A stretch of DNA of 64,000 nucleotides from Candidatus Bathyarchaeia archaeon (GTDB lineage: Archaea > Thermoproteota > Bathyarchaeia > Bathyarchaeales > Bathycorpusculaceae): the NCBI GenBank assembly GCA_050012255.1, contig JBEKHN010000008.1:1-64000 (forward strand), read 5' to 3'. This document shows positions 49,307 to 59,244 of this stretch, one piece after another. Made by a program: the position numbers and the translations under genes. The notes under the pieces were generated by a model. It saw only the letters and a list, made by a program, of their open reading frames with translations. It had not been told where the DNA came from and did no database searches. The stretch's first letter is position 1, and every line of letters starts with the position of its first letter.

Positions 49307-50004
49307 TTGTTATCACCTCGATTACATTCCAAGTTAAAGAAGTAAGCACTACTAGAAGATACTATTTAATTCTTGTTATCATGCAACTGAAGAAGAAAAA
49401 GGTCGATCGTAAACGTCTTCGGAGAAAGTGAATCAGACGCAACGAATTTCAGGTCAAGCAGTTGGAAAAAATAACTGAGAATTTACCTGAAGCCCACGTC
49501 TTCAGCCTGTTTCACAAACGTTTCCTACTCGTATCGAGTGAGATAGAGCGGCTTACTTGCCTCTCGCTTCCTCAGTTCAAGAGGCAAATCTGCTAGCAAA
49601 ACAGTTACTTCCAAGTTGGGCTCCTCCTTTTGCTTGTTCTTCTGACTCAAAAGAGAAGATGATTCTTTTCGGGCAAGGCTGGTTTTCTTCGTCTTGGATT
49701 CACCTGCGGGAGCAAACAAGCATTAAGATATATTAAGACTTAATAAACCTTCTTAATGAAGTGTAGAACTCCAAAACAGCTTTGCTCATTGTTTCTAATA
49801 AATTCTGGCGGGTTTGGCGGGGCGTCTCGGCTCCCCGATGCCTCAGTCTGGTTTTCGCAGACATAAGACCGTACGTCAGACAGAACAAGAAAAAAAGAAG
49901 GTCTGAATTGCCCATCAGATGATCCAGAACGAGAGTTCTAAGGGCGAAAGCTTTATTGCGGTTTAAAACCTAGTTTGCCAATGCTTTGGAAAGGATGATG
50001 CAAA

Positions 50005-50757
50005 ATGAGTTTGCAGAAGGGCGACTTCATACTAATGGACTATGTTGCAAAGGTGAAGGAGACAGGGGAGATCTTCGACACAACGATTGAAGAGACAGCC
50101 AAAAAGGAGCATCTGTACAAAGAGGGCGACATCTTCGAGTCCAAACTTGTGGTCATAGGCGAAGGATGGGTCCTGAAAGCACTGGATGACAACCTAACAA
50201 CAATGGAGGTTGGCAAACCCGCTGCTGTTGAAATACCTCCTGAAAAAGCGTTCGGACAAAGAGACCCAGAGAAAGTCAAACGCGTCGCGCTAAAACAGTT
50301 ACTGGCAAGAGACATCACTCCAAGCGTTGGAATGCGAATTGAATACGGCGGCAAGAGTGCCACCGTTCGAGCCATTGGAGCTGGGCGAGTTCTGCTTGAT
50401 TTTAACCCTCCACTGGCAGGAAAAACCTTGGTCTACGAGGTGACGCTGAAGAAGAAGCTCGAGACAAAGAAAGAAAAAATCGCCGCGCTCATCCACAGAA
50501 GAATACCCGCTGTGGAAGAAAACAAGTTTGAGTTCACACTGAAGACCAAGGCGGTCAGCGTCCAAATGCCTGAAGAAGCATTCTACATCGAAGGCGTTCA
50601 AGTGGCCAAAAGAGGCACAGCCAACGACATACAAAGATTCTTCTCAGAAACAACCGCCGTCAAGTTCACTGAAACCTTCAAGGTCGAACCCAAGAAAGCT
50701 GAACCCAAACCTGAGAAAGAAGCAAGACCCACAACTGAAGCGAAAGCGACGACCTAG
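50005..50757 (+). CDS. slyD: FKBP-type peptidyl-prolyl isomerase (archaeal long SlyD type)
   Basis: FDTT, IPPEKAFG, DFNPPLAGKTL. Confidence 0.9.
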   Translation: MSLQKGDFILMDYVAKVKETGEIFDTTIEETAKKEHLYKEGDIFESKLVVIGEGWVLKALDDNLTTMEVGKPAAVEIPPEKAFGQRDPEKVKRVALKQLLARDITPSVGMRIEYGGKSATVRAIGAGRVLLDFNPPLAGKTLVYEVTLKKKLETKKEKIAALIHRRIPAVEENKFEFTLKTKAVSVQMPEEAFYIEGVQVAKRGTANDIQRFFSETTAVKFTETFKVEPKKAEPKPEKEARPTTEAKATT

Positions 50758-50844
50758 ACCAACAGCGCTGGTCTTGGAAACAGGCCAGGCCCACTCGGCC
50801 CACTGTCTAAGTTACTATGAAAAGTCAGTTCAAAGGACTCTTCG

Positions 50845-50920
50845 CGCTGAAAACCTAGGGGGAGGGGGGTAGGCGCGTTGGACGAGGCAAAACGCGAAAC
50901 AGGGAATGTTAAACCGCCCG
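50845..50920 (+). repeat. G-string intergenic repeat, copy B
   Basis: Aligns with 7862-7931. Confidence 0.75.
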
Positions 50921-50972
50921 CATGATAAGTGTGTAAGAACGCAAAAACAGCAAAGATTCAACGTGCGCGATA

Positions 50973-52037
50973 TCATATTACTCCTGTCACTTTAGCAAGG
51001 TGCTCATAGGCGTCCCTGTTCAAGCTCAGCTTGTTCAAGATCGTAAACCTTTCAGGTCTCAATGATGCAGCCAGCTCCAGGGCATTCAAAACATCGTTCC
51101 TCTCCACACCAAGCTCTTCAGCACTCGTCGGGGCCCCCAGCTTCCTCAGCACCTCTCTGATGCGCTTCCAATTGGTACCGTGCAGGTAGGCCATCATCAC
51201 GGTCCCGACTCCGCAACGTTCACCGTGCAAGGCGCAGTTAGGTCTGATCATCTCAAGCGCGTGGCTGAAAAGATGCTCTGAGCCGCTGCAAGGGTGGCTA
51301 CTTCCAGCGATGCTCATAGAAACACCGCAGCTTATCAAAGCCTCTAGCAGAACTCGCAAACCCTCCTCGCTCTTCTCCTTCACTAGTTCCACGTTGAACA
51401 TGACATGCTTTGCGCTCATCAAAGCCAGACTTGCAGCGTACCCCCCGAAATACTCGTTCCTTTCCGCGTGGGCCAGCTTCCAATCCTTAACCGCCGTGAA
51501 CTTTGCAACAACATCTTCATAGCCGCTCACTGCGAATCGCCAAGGAGCCTGCATTATGATTTTCGTGTCCGCTATTATAGCCAAGGGTGCCTGAGCCATC
51601 ACTGAATACGGTTTTTCCGAGCCCTTGACCGAAGACAGAGGACTGGCTATTCCGTCATGCGATGCTGTCGTTGGAACGCTAATGAACGGGACCTCTGACC
51701 GTGCAGAGCTGCATTTGGCGACGTCTATTTTAGTTCCGCCGCCTACTCCGAAGACAACCTGAGGCTTAAAAGCCCTTATACTCTCTTCAACACGCTCGAC
51801 ATCTTTGATCGTAGCAGCTTCAACGAGCAAAGTCTGGACTACCATTCCTCCTTGCTCCAGAAGTTCTCTCACTCTCTTTCCCGCAATATCGTTCGTCTTT
51901 GAACCTGCTATCACGAGCGCCGACAGGTTGAACCCCAATCTTCTAGTGACTTCAGCAACCCGTTCCACTGCGCCGTTTCCAACGATCACCTCTCTAGGAA
52001 GCTGCATCCGATGATGTCTCAAGTACACACAAACCAC
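50973..52037 (-). CDS. egsA: sn-glycerol-1-phosphate dehydrogenase
   Basis: GVGGGTKIDVAK, PTTASHDG, SGSEHLFSHAL, LHGE. Confidence 0.92.
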   Translation of the reverse strand: MVCVYLRHHRMQLPREVIVGNGAVERVAEVTRRLGFNLSALVIAGSKTNDIAGKRVRELLEQGGMVVQTLLVEAATIKDVERVEESIRAFKPQVVFGVGGGTKIDVAKCSSARSEVPFISVPTTASHDGIASPLSSVKGSEKPYSVMAQAPLAIIADTKIIMQAPWRFAVSGYEDVVAKFTAVKDWKLAHAERNEYFGGYAASLALMSAKHVMFNVELVKEKSEEGLRVLLEALISCGVSMSIAGSSHPCSGSEHLFSHALEMIRPNCALHGERCGVGTVMMAYLHGTNWKRIREVLRKLGAPTSAEELGVERNDVLNALELAASLRPERFTILNKLSLNRDAYEHLAKVTGVI

Positions 52038-52283
52038 GGTTGGGTTCTATCTTTTTCTTTCATAGCGATGTGTAGTCAAGCCTTAAAAAGAGTTGCTTTT
52101 CCGAGTTGCCGACGCATTCTGAATCTTTCAATGAACTTCTTTTAAGGACGCGCATTGAAAAGAGGCCTCGCGGAAGGAAGAGCGAAATCGCCTCAGCATT
52201 TGTCAGTTTTTGTGGATTCAAATAGATCTAAGGCTGTGGAGAGTCCAAAGCATTGTCAGGTTGACGCTGAGGAGTCGGTGGCT

Positions 52284-52781
52284 TTAAACATCCGCTCGTT
52301 CGAGATGCCTGAAGGAAAACGGCTTGACAGTTAGCTCTGGCCTGTTCATGCTTAGGATGAAGCTCTGTGCGTCTTTAAGATTAGGCTGCCAATCTTGCCT
52401 GAGAGTGGTGATCAACTTCGAAAAGCTAGCATAGTTCTTGTGCACAGAAACAATAATGCTGTTCATTCCCAAGCCTTCGCCATCTGAGGCAAAAATGACG
52501 TTCGGCTGCTTCCTGCACCATTCACGTGCCCTTTCCAGCAGTTCTGGGGTCGATTCCGTGAAGGCAAGAAAGGTGAACGCAATGATTTCAAAACCGATTC
52601 TTGCAAGGTTAGGCACAATCGTGTACTCTTCTATGAGTCCTTCCATTTCTAAACGTGTTCTCTTCCGCGTTACTGTTGGCTGGGAGATTTTCAGAGCCTT
52701 CGCAAGTTCTCTGTCGCTTCTTCTTGCACCCTTTATCAATTCGAACAGGAGTTTCTTCCTCTCTTTTTCTTTCTCACTCAT
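52284..52781 (-). CDS. Lrp/AsnC family regulator
   Basis: ARRSDRELAKALKISQPTVTR. Confidence 0.85.
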   Translation of the reverse strand: MSEKEKERKKLLFELIKGARRSDRELAKALKISQPTVTRKRTRLEMEGLIEEYTIVPNLARIGFEIIAFTFLAFTESTPELLERAREWCRKQPNVIFASDGEGLGMNSIIVSVHKNYASFSKLITTLRQDWQPNLKDAQSFILSMNRPELTVKPFSFRHLERADV

Positions 52782-53098
52782 TTGACGCCCTCCTTTTTAC
52801 TATTCATTGACTTCGTCTAATAATTCTTGCGATTGAAAGACTTCAGCCAAGCGTCGAAGGGCAACTCGTTCAATGCGTATCTGCTTGAGGAAAATGTCCA
52901 TGAAATAGGTGGAAGATGTTCTTCCGTTGATTTAGACTACTGTTCCTTTGATTTGACTTATGAATTAGCGGGGAAGTGCACAGCCTTTTCCCGAAATTTC
53001 GAGGCGCAATGTTAATAAACACCCTAGCAATGATAACATGATGCTGCTTCCTCGCGAAGTAATTTGTCGATATCATTGGGTTTTAGGAGAGTAACAAA

Positions 53099-53737
53099 AT
53101 GGCAAATAACGATGAGGTAAATCGACTAACACTAAAAGGAACAACGACCGTAGGCGTTGTCTGTAATGACGGAGTAATAATGGCCTCGGATACACGTGTT
53201 ACCATGGGATTTTACGTAGCACACAAGCATGGGAAGAAGGTGTACCAGATAGACGATCACTTAGCGATGACTATTGCAGGAAGCCTGGCTGATGCTCAAA
53301 AAGCCGTTGACATACTAACGACCAATGCCAAGCTTTATAAGATCGAACTTGGCAGGCCTTTGCCAATCAGTTCAGCGGCAAGATTGCTTGCGAACCTTCT
53401 TTTCTCAGCTAGATACGTGCCTTTGCTGGCTCAGGTTCTCGTCGGCGGCTTAGACGATACAGGTCCTCACATATTTTCAATAGACCCGTTTGGCAGTCTG
53501 ACGGAGGAGAAATACGTGTCCACAGGTTCGGGTTCACCTCTAGCGTACGGCATTCTAGAGGAGAAGTACAAGGACGGTGTTCCTGTTAGAGAGATGCTAC
53601 CAGTGATAGTCAAAGCGGTCGACGCTGCGATGAAGCGCGACTCCGCAAGTGGAGACAGTTTCAACGTTGCGGTCATAGATGCCAAGGGCTACAGAGACCT
53701 GACCGACAAGGAGAAAAAGCAACTTTTGGCAGATTGA
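53099..53737 (+). CDS. psmB: Proteasome beta subunit
   Basis: KGTTTVG propeptide site, GSGS, RDSASG. Confidence 0.95.
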   Translation: MANNDEVNRLTLKGTTTVGVVCNDGVIMASDTRVTMGFYVAHKHGKKVYQIDDHLAMTIAGSLADAQKAVDILTTNAKLYKIELGRPLPISSAARLLANLLFSARYVPLLAQVLVGGLDDTGPHIFSIDPFGSLTEEKYVSTGSGSPLAYGILEEKYKDGVPVREMLPVIVKAVDAAMKRDSASGDSFNVAVIDAKGYRDLTDKEKKQLLAD

Positions 53738-53750
53738 GGAAGTTAAAAGA

Positions 53751-55670
53751 GTGCCTTCAAATTCTGACAAGGAAAAGGTCGAAATTAGTCAATACATTCT
53801 GCAGCATGTCCCGAAAGAAGCTGAAGTAACCAGGATAGAGTATGAAGCTTCAACACTGGCGGTGTACACTAAGAGACCCGAAGTCTTGGTCGACCAGAGT
53901 AGCGTCATAGCCAACATAGTCAACGTCATAAGAAAACGAATCGTTATTCGCTCTGACCCTTCGGTGAGGCTTCACGAAGTTGAGGCCGAGAAGATTGCCA
54001 GGGACATAATTCCCGCTGAGGCAGAAGTGACAGACATAAATTTCGACCCAAGTCTGGGCGAAATAATAATAGACGCAAAAAAGCCTGGGGTTGTGATCGG
54101 AAAAAACGGAACAGTCCTGCAAGAGATAATCAGACAGACAAAGTGGCGCCCACACGTCTTAAGAAGCCCCCCATTACGGTCAAAGATAGTAACTCACATG
54201 CGGCATTATCTTCATTCTGAGAGCAAAGAAAGAGAACGAATACTTCGCACAATAGGGGAAAGGATCTTCAGACCTAAAGCCTTCGAAGTTGGGGACGTTA
54301 GGATCACGGCGCTCGGAGGAGTTCAAGAAGTCGGAAGATCTGCCTTTCTCGTTCAAACCCGAGAAAGCAACGTACTGCTGGACTGTGGTGTGAACCCAGG
54401 TTCCTCGAGGCCCTTTGAGGCCTTTCCTAGGCTGGACAACCCAGCGTTTGAGCTTGAATCTTTGGACGCTGTCATCATAAGTCATGCTCATCTTGACCAT
54501 TGTGGTCTTGTACCTTTTCTTTACAAGTATGGATACGACGGGCCAGTCTACTGCTCCGCTCCGACTTCAAACATGATGACACTGCTTCAGCTTGACTATT
54601 TGGATGTTGCCGGCAAGCAGGGCACAACTCCGTTTTATGATCAGAAAGATGTTCGTGAATGTGTTTTGCACACGATCCCCTCACGGTATGGGGTCGTCAC
54701 TGACATAGCTCCTGACGTGCGTTTAACTCTCCACAACGCTGGGCACATTCTAGGGTCTTCAATGGTTCACCTTCACATCGGTGAGGGTCTCCACAACGTT
54801 GTTTACACTGGTGATTACAAGTATTCAAGGACGATGCTTCTGGAAGCAGCGACGACAGAGTTTCCAAGGGTTGAGACAGTCATAACTGAAAGCACGTATG
54901 GAGGGGCGGATGACGTCATGCCCTCGCGTGTGGAAGCTGAGGAACGGTTGACAGCAGTTGTGAATGAAACGTTGGAACGTAAAGGCAAGGTTCTGATTCC
55001 AGTCCCAGCGGTTGGCAGGGCTCAGGAGATAATGCTCGTGCTGGACGGTTACATGAGGCGCGGAATGATGAAGGAGGCTCCTGTCTTCATCGAGGGAATG
55101 ATTTCAGAGGCCACGGCAATTCACACTGCATATCCTGAGTACTTAGGCCGAGAAGTCCGCAACAGCATACTCCATGATGGAGTGAATCCTTTTCAGTCAG
55201 ACTACTTCACAATTGTTGAGCATCCAAGCGTGCGTCAAGAAATAGTTGAGGGCGAACCGTGCATTATCATGGCGACTTCAGGAATGCTTGAAGGTGGCCC
55301 AGTGATAGAGTACTTCAAAAGCTTGGCGGAGAACGAGAACAACGAGATTATTTTTGTTAGTTATCAAATCGAAGGCACCATGGGAAGAAGAGTCCAGAAA
55401 GGTCTGAACGAGGTTACACTCATGACTTCAGAAGGCAAAATGGATGTCGTTAAGGTTAGACTGCGAGTGGAGTCGATAGAGGGCTTCTCTGGGCATTCGG
55501 ATAGACGACAGATATTCAACTACATAACTCACCTAAGGCCTAAGCCTGAAACAGTCATCGTGTGCCATGGTGAAAGAGCAAAGTGTCTCAGCATGGCCAA
55601 CTTCATAGAAAGAAGATGTGAAGTTCGCTCCTTCGCACCAGCTTTGATGGAGACCTTTAGGCTGCTGTAG
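53751..55670 (+). CDS. fttA: beta-CASP ribonuclease aCPSF1 (FttA)
   Basis: KH domains, EVGRS, HAHLDH, FSGHSD; adjacent to psmB. Confidence 0.95.
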   Translation: MPSNSDKEKVEISQYILQHVPKEAEVTRIEYEASTLAVYTKRPEVLVDQSSVIANIVNVIRKRIVIRSDPSVRLHEVEAEKIARDIIPAEAEVTDINFDPSLGEIIIDAKKPGVVIGKNGTVLQEIIRQTKWRPHVLRSPPLRSKIVTHMRHYLHSESKERERILRTIGERIFRPKAFEVGDVRITALGGVQEVGRSAFLVQTRESNVLLDCGVNPGSSRPFEAFPRLDNPAFELESLDAVIISHAHLDHCGLVPFLYKYGYDGPVYCSAPTSNMMTLLQLDYLDVAGKQGTTPFYDQKDVRECVLHTIPSRYGVVTDIAPDVRLTLHNAGHILGSSMVHLHIGEGLHNVVYTGDYKYSRTMLLEAATTEFPRVETVITESTYGGADDVMPSRVEAEERLTAVVNETLERKGKVLIPVPAVGRAQEIMLVLDGYMRRGMMKEAPVFIEGMISEATAIHTAYPEYLGREVRNSILHDGVNPFQSDYFTIVEHPSVRQEIVEGEPCIIMATSGMLEGGPVIEYFKSLAENENNEIIFVSYQIEGTMGRRVQKGLNEVTLMTSEGKMDVVKVRLRVESIEGFSGHSDRRQIFNYITHLRPKPETVIVCHGERAKCLSMANFIERRCEVRSFAPALMETFRLL

Positions 55671-56004
55671 GAATCGGCTCATTCGAAACCGGAACTTTCT
55701 CTCGCCAAATCTTCACATTCGGAGGGCATACAACCACTCTCTCCTCACCCAACCTTGCGATATCTCCTCCGACGGATTCAGCGAATTCGCACAGCTCGTT
55801 CACGGCACGCTTAACGTCGTCAACGCTCTTATTCGCAAGGGGCGCTATCCTTAGAATCAGGATGTTTCCAGATTTGACTTCTGCCTTTACAGAGTCCAGA
55901 TCAGACAAGTCCCGAAGAGGCATTGCTTTCAAATAGGTCTTGCCAGAGTCACCTTTAATCTTAACCTCCTTCTTTGATTTGCGGAGTATACCCAATCCTG
56001 GCAA
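55657..56004 (-). CDS. SepF-like (DUF552) protein
   Basis: GNILILRI.PL, GGDIARLG...VVVCP. Confidence 0.8.
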   Translation of the reverse strand: MPGLGILRKSKKEVKIKGDSGKTYLKAMPLRDLSDLDSVKAEVKSGNILILRIAPLANKSVDDVKRAVNELCEFAESVGGDIARLGEERVVVCPPNVKIWREKVPVSNEPIPTAA

Positions 56005-56110
56005 ACTTGTCCTCTCTTACACGCTTATTTGCCTTTCAAGAGTTTAAGTTTTTCTTAATTTCACATCTGGATTCATGGTATGGATTGCATGACTGAAAGG
56101 TTTTATGAAT

Positions 56111-56650
56111 TCAACCTTCAGATCGAATCTTCGCTCGGCTAGGGAGTATTTCTTTAAGGAGATTCCACGTTTTGTCTCCGACGTAGTACACGTTCCTGAC
56201 AACAGTGCCCTGTGTGACACTCTTTACCTTTTCAGCATCGTAAAGGATTTCCCCTATGGCGATGGGTCTGCTATGCTTTTCATCAACCACAATGACAATG
56301 TCATTCTCGTCAAATTGACCCTCAAAGCGTCTGATTCCCGGTGCCATAACGTTCGCGCCATTGCATACATAGGGAACGGCCCCCATGTCCACGACAACTT
56401 TGGGAGCCGTTTGGAGATATTCATCGAACCTTAGCGTTGGATATACGTTTTCGTCAGCTTTGACCAGTAGCGGCTTTGCGTTGATGAGAAAGATTTCAGC
56501 TGATTCTGTTTCAAAGACCTCAACGTTAACCTTGTCTTTGAAGAGTAGCTCCAGGTCAGTCTTGAGCTTTTCCGAAGCCTTTGCAAGAAGGGCTTTAGAT
56601 TCTTTCGTCTTTAAGAAATACCGCCTGTTTTTTTCGGGCATTCTGCCCAT
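56111..56650 (-). CDS. PUA-domain RNA-binding protein (DUF1947/MCT-1-like)
   Basis: VVDMGAVPYVCNGANVMAPGI. Confidence 0.88.
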   Translation of the reverse strand: MGRMPEKNRRYFLKTKESKALLAKASEKLKTDLELLFKDKVNVEVFETESAEIFLINAKPLLVKADENVYPTLRFDEYLQTAPKVVVDMGAVPYVCNGANVMAPGIRRFEGQFDENDIVIVVDEKHSRPIAIGEILYDAEKVKSVTQGTVVRNVYYVGDKTWNLLKEILPSRAKIRSEG

Positions 56651-56719
56651 CTCTTAGATAGGTTTAAATGTGTAGGCTTAAGTATAAAAAGCATAACAAT
56701 TTGGGTCCGAGGGTCAAAA

Positions 56720-56947
56720 ATGAGCGAAATGACCACTGAAATCCTTGAGCAAAACCTTGGGAAAATCGTGCTTGTAAGGTTGAAAGGTGGAAAAAGCCTA
56801 CGTGGAAGACTCAAAGGATTTGACCAGCATCTGAACTTGGTTCTAGAGGAAACAGAAGACACTACCTCTTCAGAAAACGTGAGGAAACTTGGGGTCATAA
56901 TCGTCCGAGGAGACAACGTCGTTCTGATCTCTCCACCTCCTAGGTGA
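56720..56947 (+). CDS. Sm-like archaeal protein (Lsm)
   Basis: [26 protein letters not shown]. Confidence 0.93.
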   Translation: MSEMTTEILEQNLGKIVLVRLKGGKSLRGRLKGFDQHLNLVLEETEDTTSSENVRKLGVIIVRGDNVVLISPPPR

Positions 56948-57141
56948 CATCCTTGGGAAAGGGGACACCCTCATTTGGCAAGCGCCAAGGAAAAACGGTT
57001 CACATAAAATGCAGACGGTGTGGAAGAAGGTCATACAACGTGACTAAGAAACGATGCGCCGCCTGCGGCTATGGAATGACAGCGGTCATCAAAACGTATT
57101 CATGGCGGACTAAAAACCTGCATAGAGAAAGGACTCGCTAA
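56944..57141 (+). CDS. rpl37e: 50S ribosomal protein L37e
   Basis: [21 protein letters not shown]; follows Lsm. Confidence 0.93.
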   Translation: MTSLGKGTPSFGKRQGKTVHIKCRRCGRRSYNVTKKRCAACGYGMTAVIKTYSWRTKNLHRERTR

Positions 57142-57154
57142 GAATTGTCTCGTT

Positions 57155-57796
57155 CTACTGCGATGATTGATAGTACCCCTTATCGACCTTGACAAAGATC
57201 AACGGGCCCTTACTCTGTGTCAGTTCCCTTGCCTTTGTCAAAGCGTTGTTAACAACGTTCACCACTTGCTCTTTGTCGTTCGTGTATGTTTTCTTTTCAC
57301 TGCCCAACTCCATCTTCAAGAGGTTTTCTGCAAGGATTGAGGTGCCACATATCTCCCCGTTCTTGATCAACGTGGAGATCACGATGTCTTCCATTTCCTG
57401 GTGACAAGAGAGCCCTTGCCATATCGGTTCGGCGTTGTTGAGGATTCTTGTGACGTTGTTCCATCTCTTTGAGTTGTCATTGCCGATGAGAAGTTTGACT
57501 CGTTCTTTCCACTTCTTGAACCAAATCCCCGTCCAAACACCCAAGAATTCTTCCAGCTCCTTCGAGTTCTCCTCGAAGGTCCTCTCCAGCTCTTCTACAA
57601 CGTAACATTGACTTGCTTCTTTTCCAATGAGATCCCAATGGACTTTGAGGTAGTTCGTCAGGTCTTGGCACGCTATTTGGAGTACCTTGCGATCCGCAAC
57701 TAACACGTCGATGAGGGGGTTCTTCTCTAACAGTTTTTCTGACAACAATGTTTCGATGAAGTTCACAGGTACTCCTTCTCGAAGCCTTCTCCACAT
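57155..57796 (-). CDS. Hypothetical protein
   Basis: 213-aa ORF with upstream TATA-like sequence. Confidence 0.7.
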   Translation of the reverse strand: MWRRLREGVPVNFIETLLSEKLLEKNPLIDVLVADRKVLQIACQDLTNYLKVHWDLIGKEASQCYVVEELERTFEENSKELEEFLGVWTGIWFKKWKERVKLLIGNDNSKRWNNVTRILNNAEPIWQGLSCHQEMEDIVISTLIKNGEICGTSILAENLLKMELGSEKKTYTNDKEQVVNVVNNALTKARELTQSKGPLIFVKVDKGYYQSSQ

Positions 57797-57913
57797 CTAA
57801 AACTAGACCTTTGGGCTTTTAATAAGCTTTATTCGTGATCGCTTCTATAACACTGTTCACTAATTTTCAGCTATATTTCCTCTCTAGAAATATTCTAAAG
57901 GTTCATTTTGGCA

Positions 57914-58573
57914 CTATTCCAGGAAATCTGGCAATTTTCTGACACTTGCCAGGATCAGGTCTGGTTTTTGTTTCTTCAGCTCCTCGCGAGAGAAAATTCC
58001 AGACAAGACTGCGACTGTCTTGGCTCCGGCACGCCTTCCGGCCTCTATGTCGACGATCGAGTCTCCAACGACTGCACATTCACTTGTTCTTACGCCCAGT
58101 CTTCTTGAACATTCTACAAGGGCGTCGGGAGAAGGTTTTGGACTGAACTTATCGCATGCAGTTACCACAGCTTGGAAATATCCTTCTAAGCCAAGTTCTT
58201 TCAGCTGTCCAATAACGACTTTGTTAGGGACTTTACGTCTTGTTGTTAATGCAAGTTTCGCCTTTTCTGAAAGCTTCTTGAGGCTGTTCGCAATGTCAGG
58301 TAATGGTTTCGCCATCACGGCAACTGCCTGGTAATACGCCTTTAGGTATATTCGCCGGAATTCCTTCACGTCTACCCGTGGCAACAAGTCATCGAGTGGA
58401 ATGCCCTGTTCAAACCTCTTGGGGATTTCTATGACCGTTTTGATGCTGACTGTTTGCTGTCCCACTGCTGAGAAAGCTATTCTTGCCGCCTCTAAGTAAG
58501 CTTGCCTTGAATCTACCAGCGTGCCGTCTAAATCTAGAATTATCCCTTTAACGTGAAGCTTTATGTTTTTCAT
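57914..58573 (-). CDS. HAD family hydrolase
   Basis: DLDGTLVDS, KPSP, GDSIVD. Confidence 0.9.
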   Translation of the reverse strand: MKNIKLHVKGIILDLDGTLVDSRQAYLEAARIAFSAVGQQTVSIKTVIEIPKRFEQGIPLDDLLPRVDVKEFRRIYLKAYYQAVAVMAKPLPDIANSLKKLSEKAKLALTTRRKVPNKVVIGQLKELGLEGYFQAVVTACDKFSPKPSPDALVECSRRLGVRTSECAVVGDSIVDIEAGRRAGAKTVAVLSGIFSREELKKQKPDLILASVRKLPDFLE

Positions 58574-58698
58574 GGTCTACCTGATTTGGGCTGGCTCTGT
58601 TACCTTTTTTGCTTCGATAAGTTTTTATTTGCGGTTAATTGTCTAAGGTAGATACCCAATAAATCTGTTTGGTAGCAGAGTTTTAGGGTTGATGGGCA

Positions 58699-59007
58699 AT
58701 GGTTAGGAAAGCGCGTATACGCTTGACAAGTACGGACTACGGGAAACTAGAAGAGGTATGTGAGGAGCTGAAAGTCATCGCCGAGAAAACAGGAGTTAAG
58801 ATCAACGGACCCGTTCCTTTGCCCACTAAGCGACTGAAAGTTCCTGTTCTGAAGTCACCCTGCGGTGAGGGGACCTCTACTTGGGACAAGTGGGAAATGA
58901 GAATTCACAAGCGGCTTATTGACATAGATGCAGAAGAACGGGTCATGCGTCGAATCATGCGCATACGTGTTCCCGAAGAAGTTCATGTGACTATAGAACT
59001 TCTTTAG
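58699..59007 (+). CDS. rpsJ: 30S ribosomal protein S10
   Basis: [26 protein letters not shown]. Confidence 0.95.
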   Translation: MVRKARIRLTSTDYGKLEEVCEELKVIAEKTGVKINGPVPLPTKRLKVPVLKSPCGEGTSTWDKWEMRIHKRLIDIDAEERVMRRIMRIRVPEEVHVTIELL

Positions 59008-59244
59008 TACGGGAACAAGCGTGACATTTTTCTTATACACGTTTGATCATGGCTGAGAAATGAGAGCGCCTGTTTGTTCGCTCTTGTTCTCTGCGGGGTT
59101 TGTGGACCCGTGAACCAAAAGGAATAATTATGAATAGTCTTTCAATAGCGTGGAGACCGCTGTGGATTATCGTGTTCGACAGAGGGCGATACTGTTCCTC
59201 GAAGCTATGTGGGGTTGAGGCAGAAGGAAGATGAGTGATGTTAG

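Noticed and set aside
58699-59007. rpsJ separated from the EF-1alpha gene
   Set aside because: Rearrangement of this cluster is common in archaea; low information
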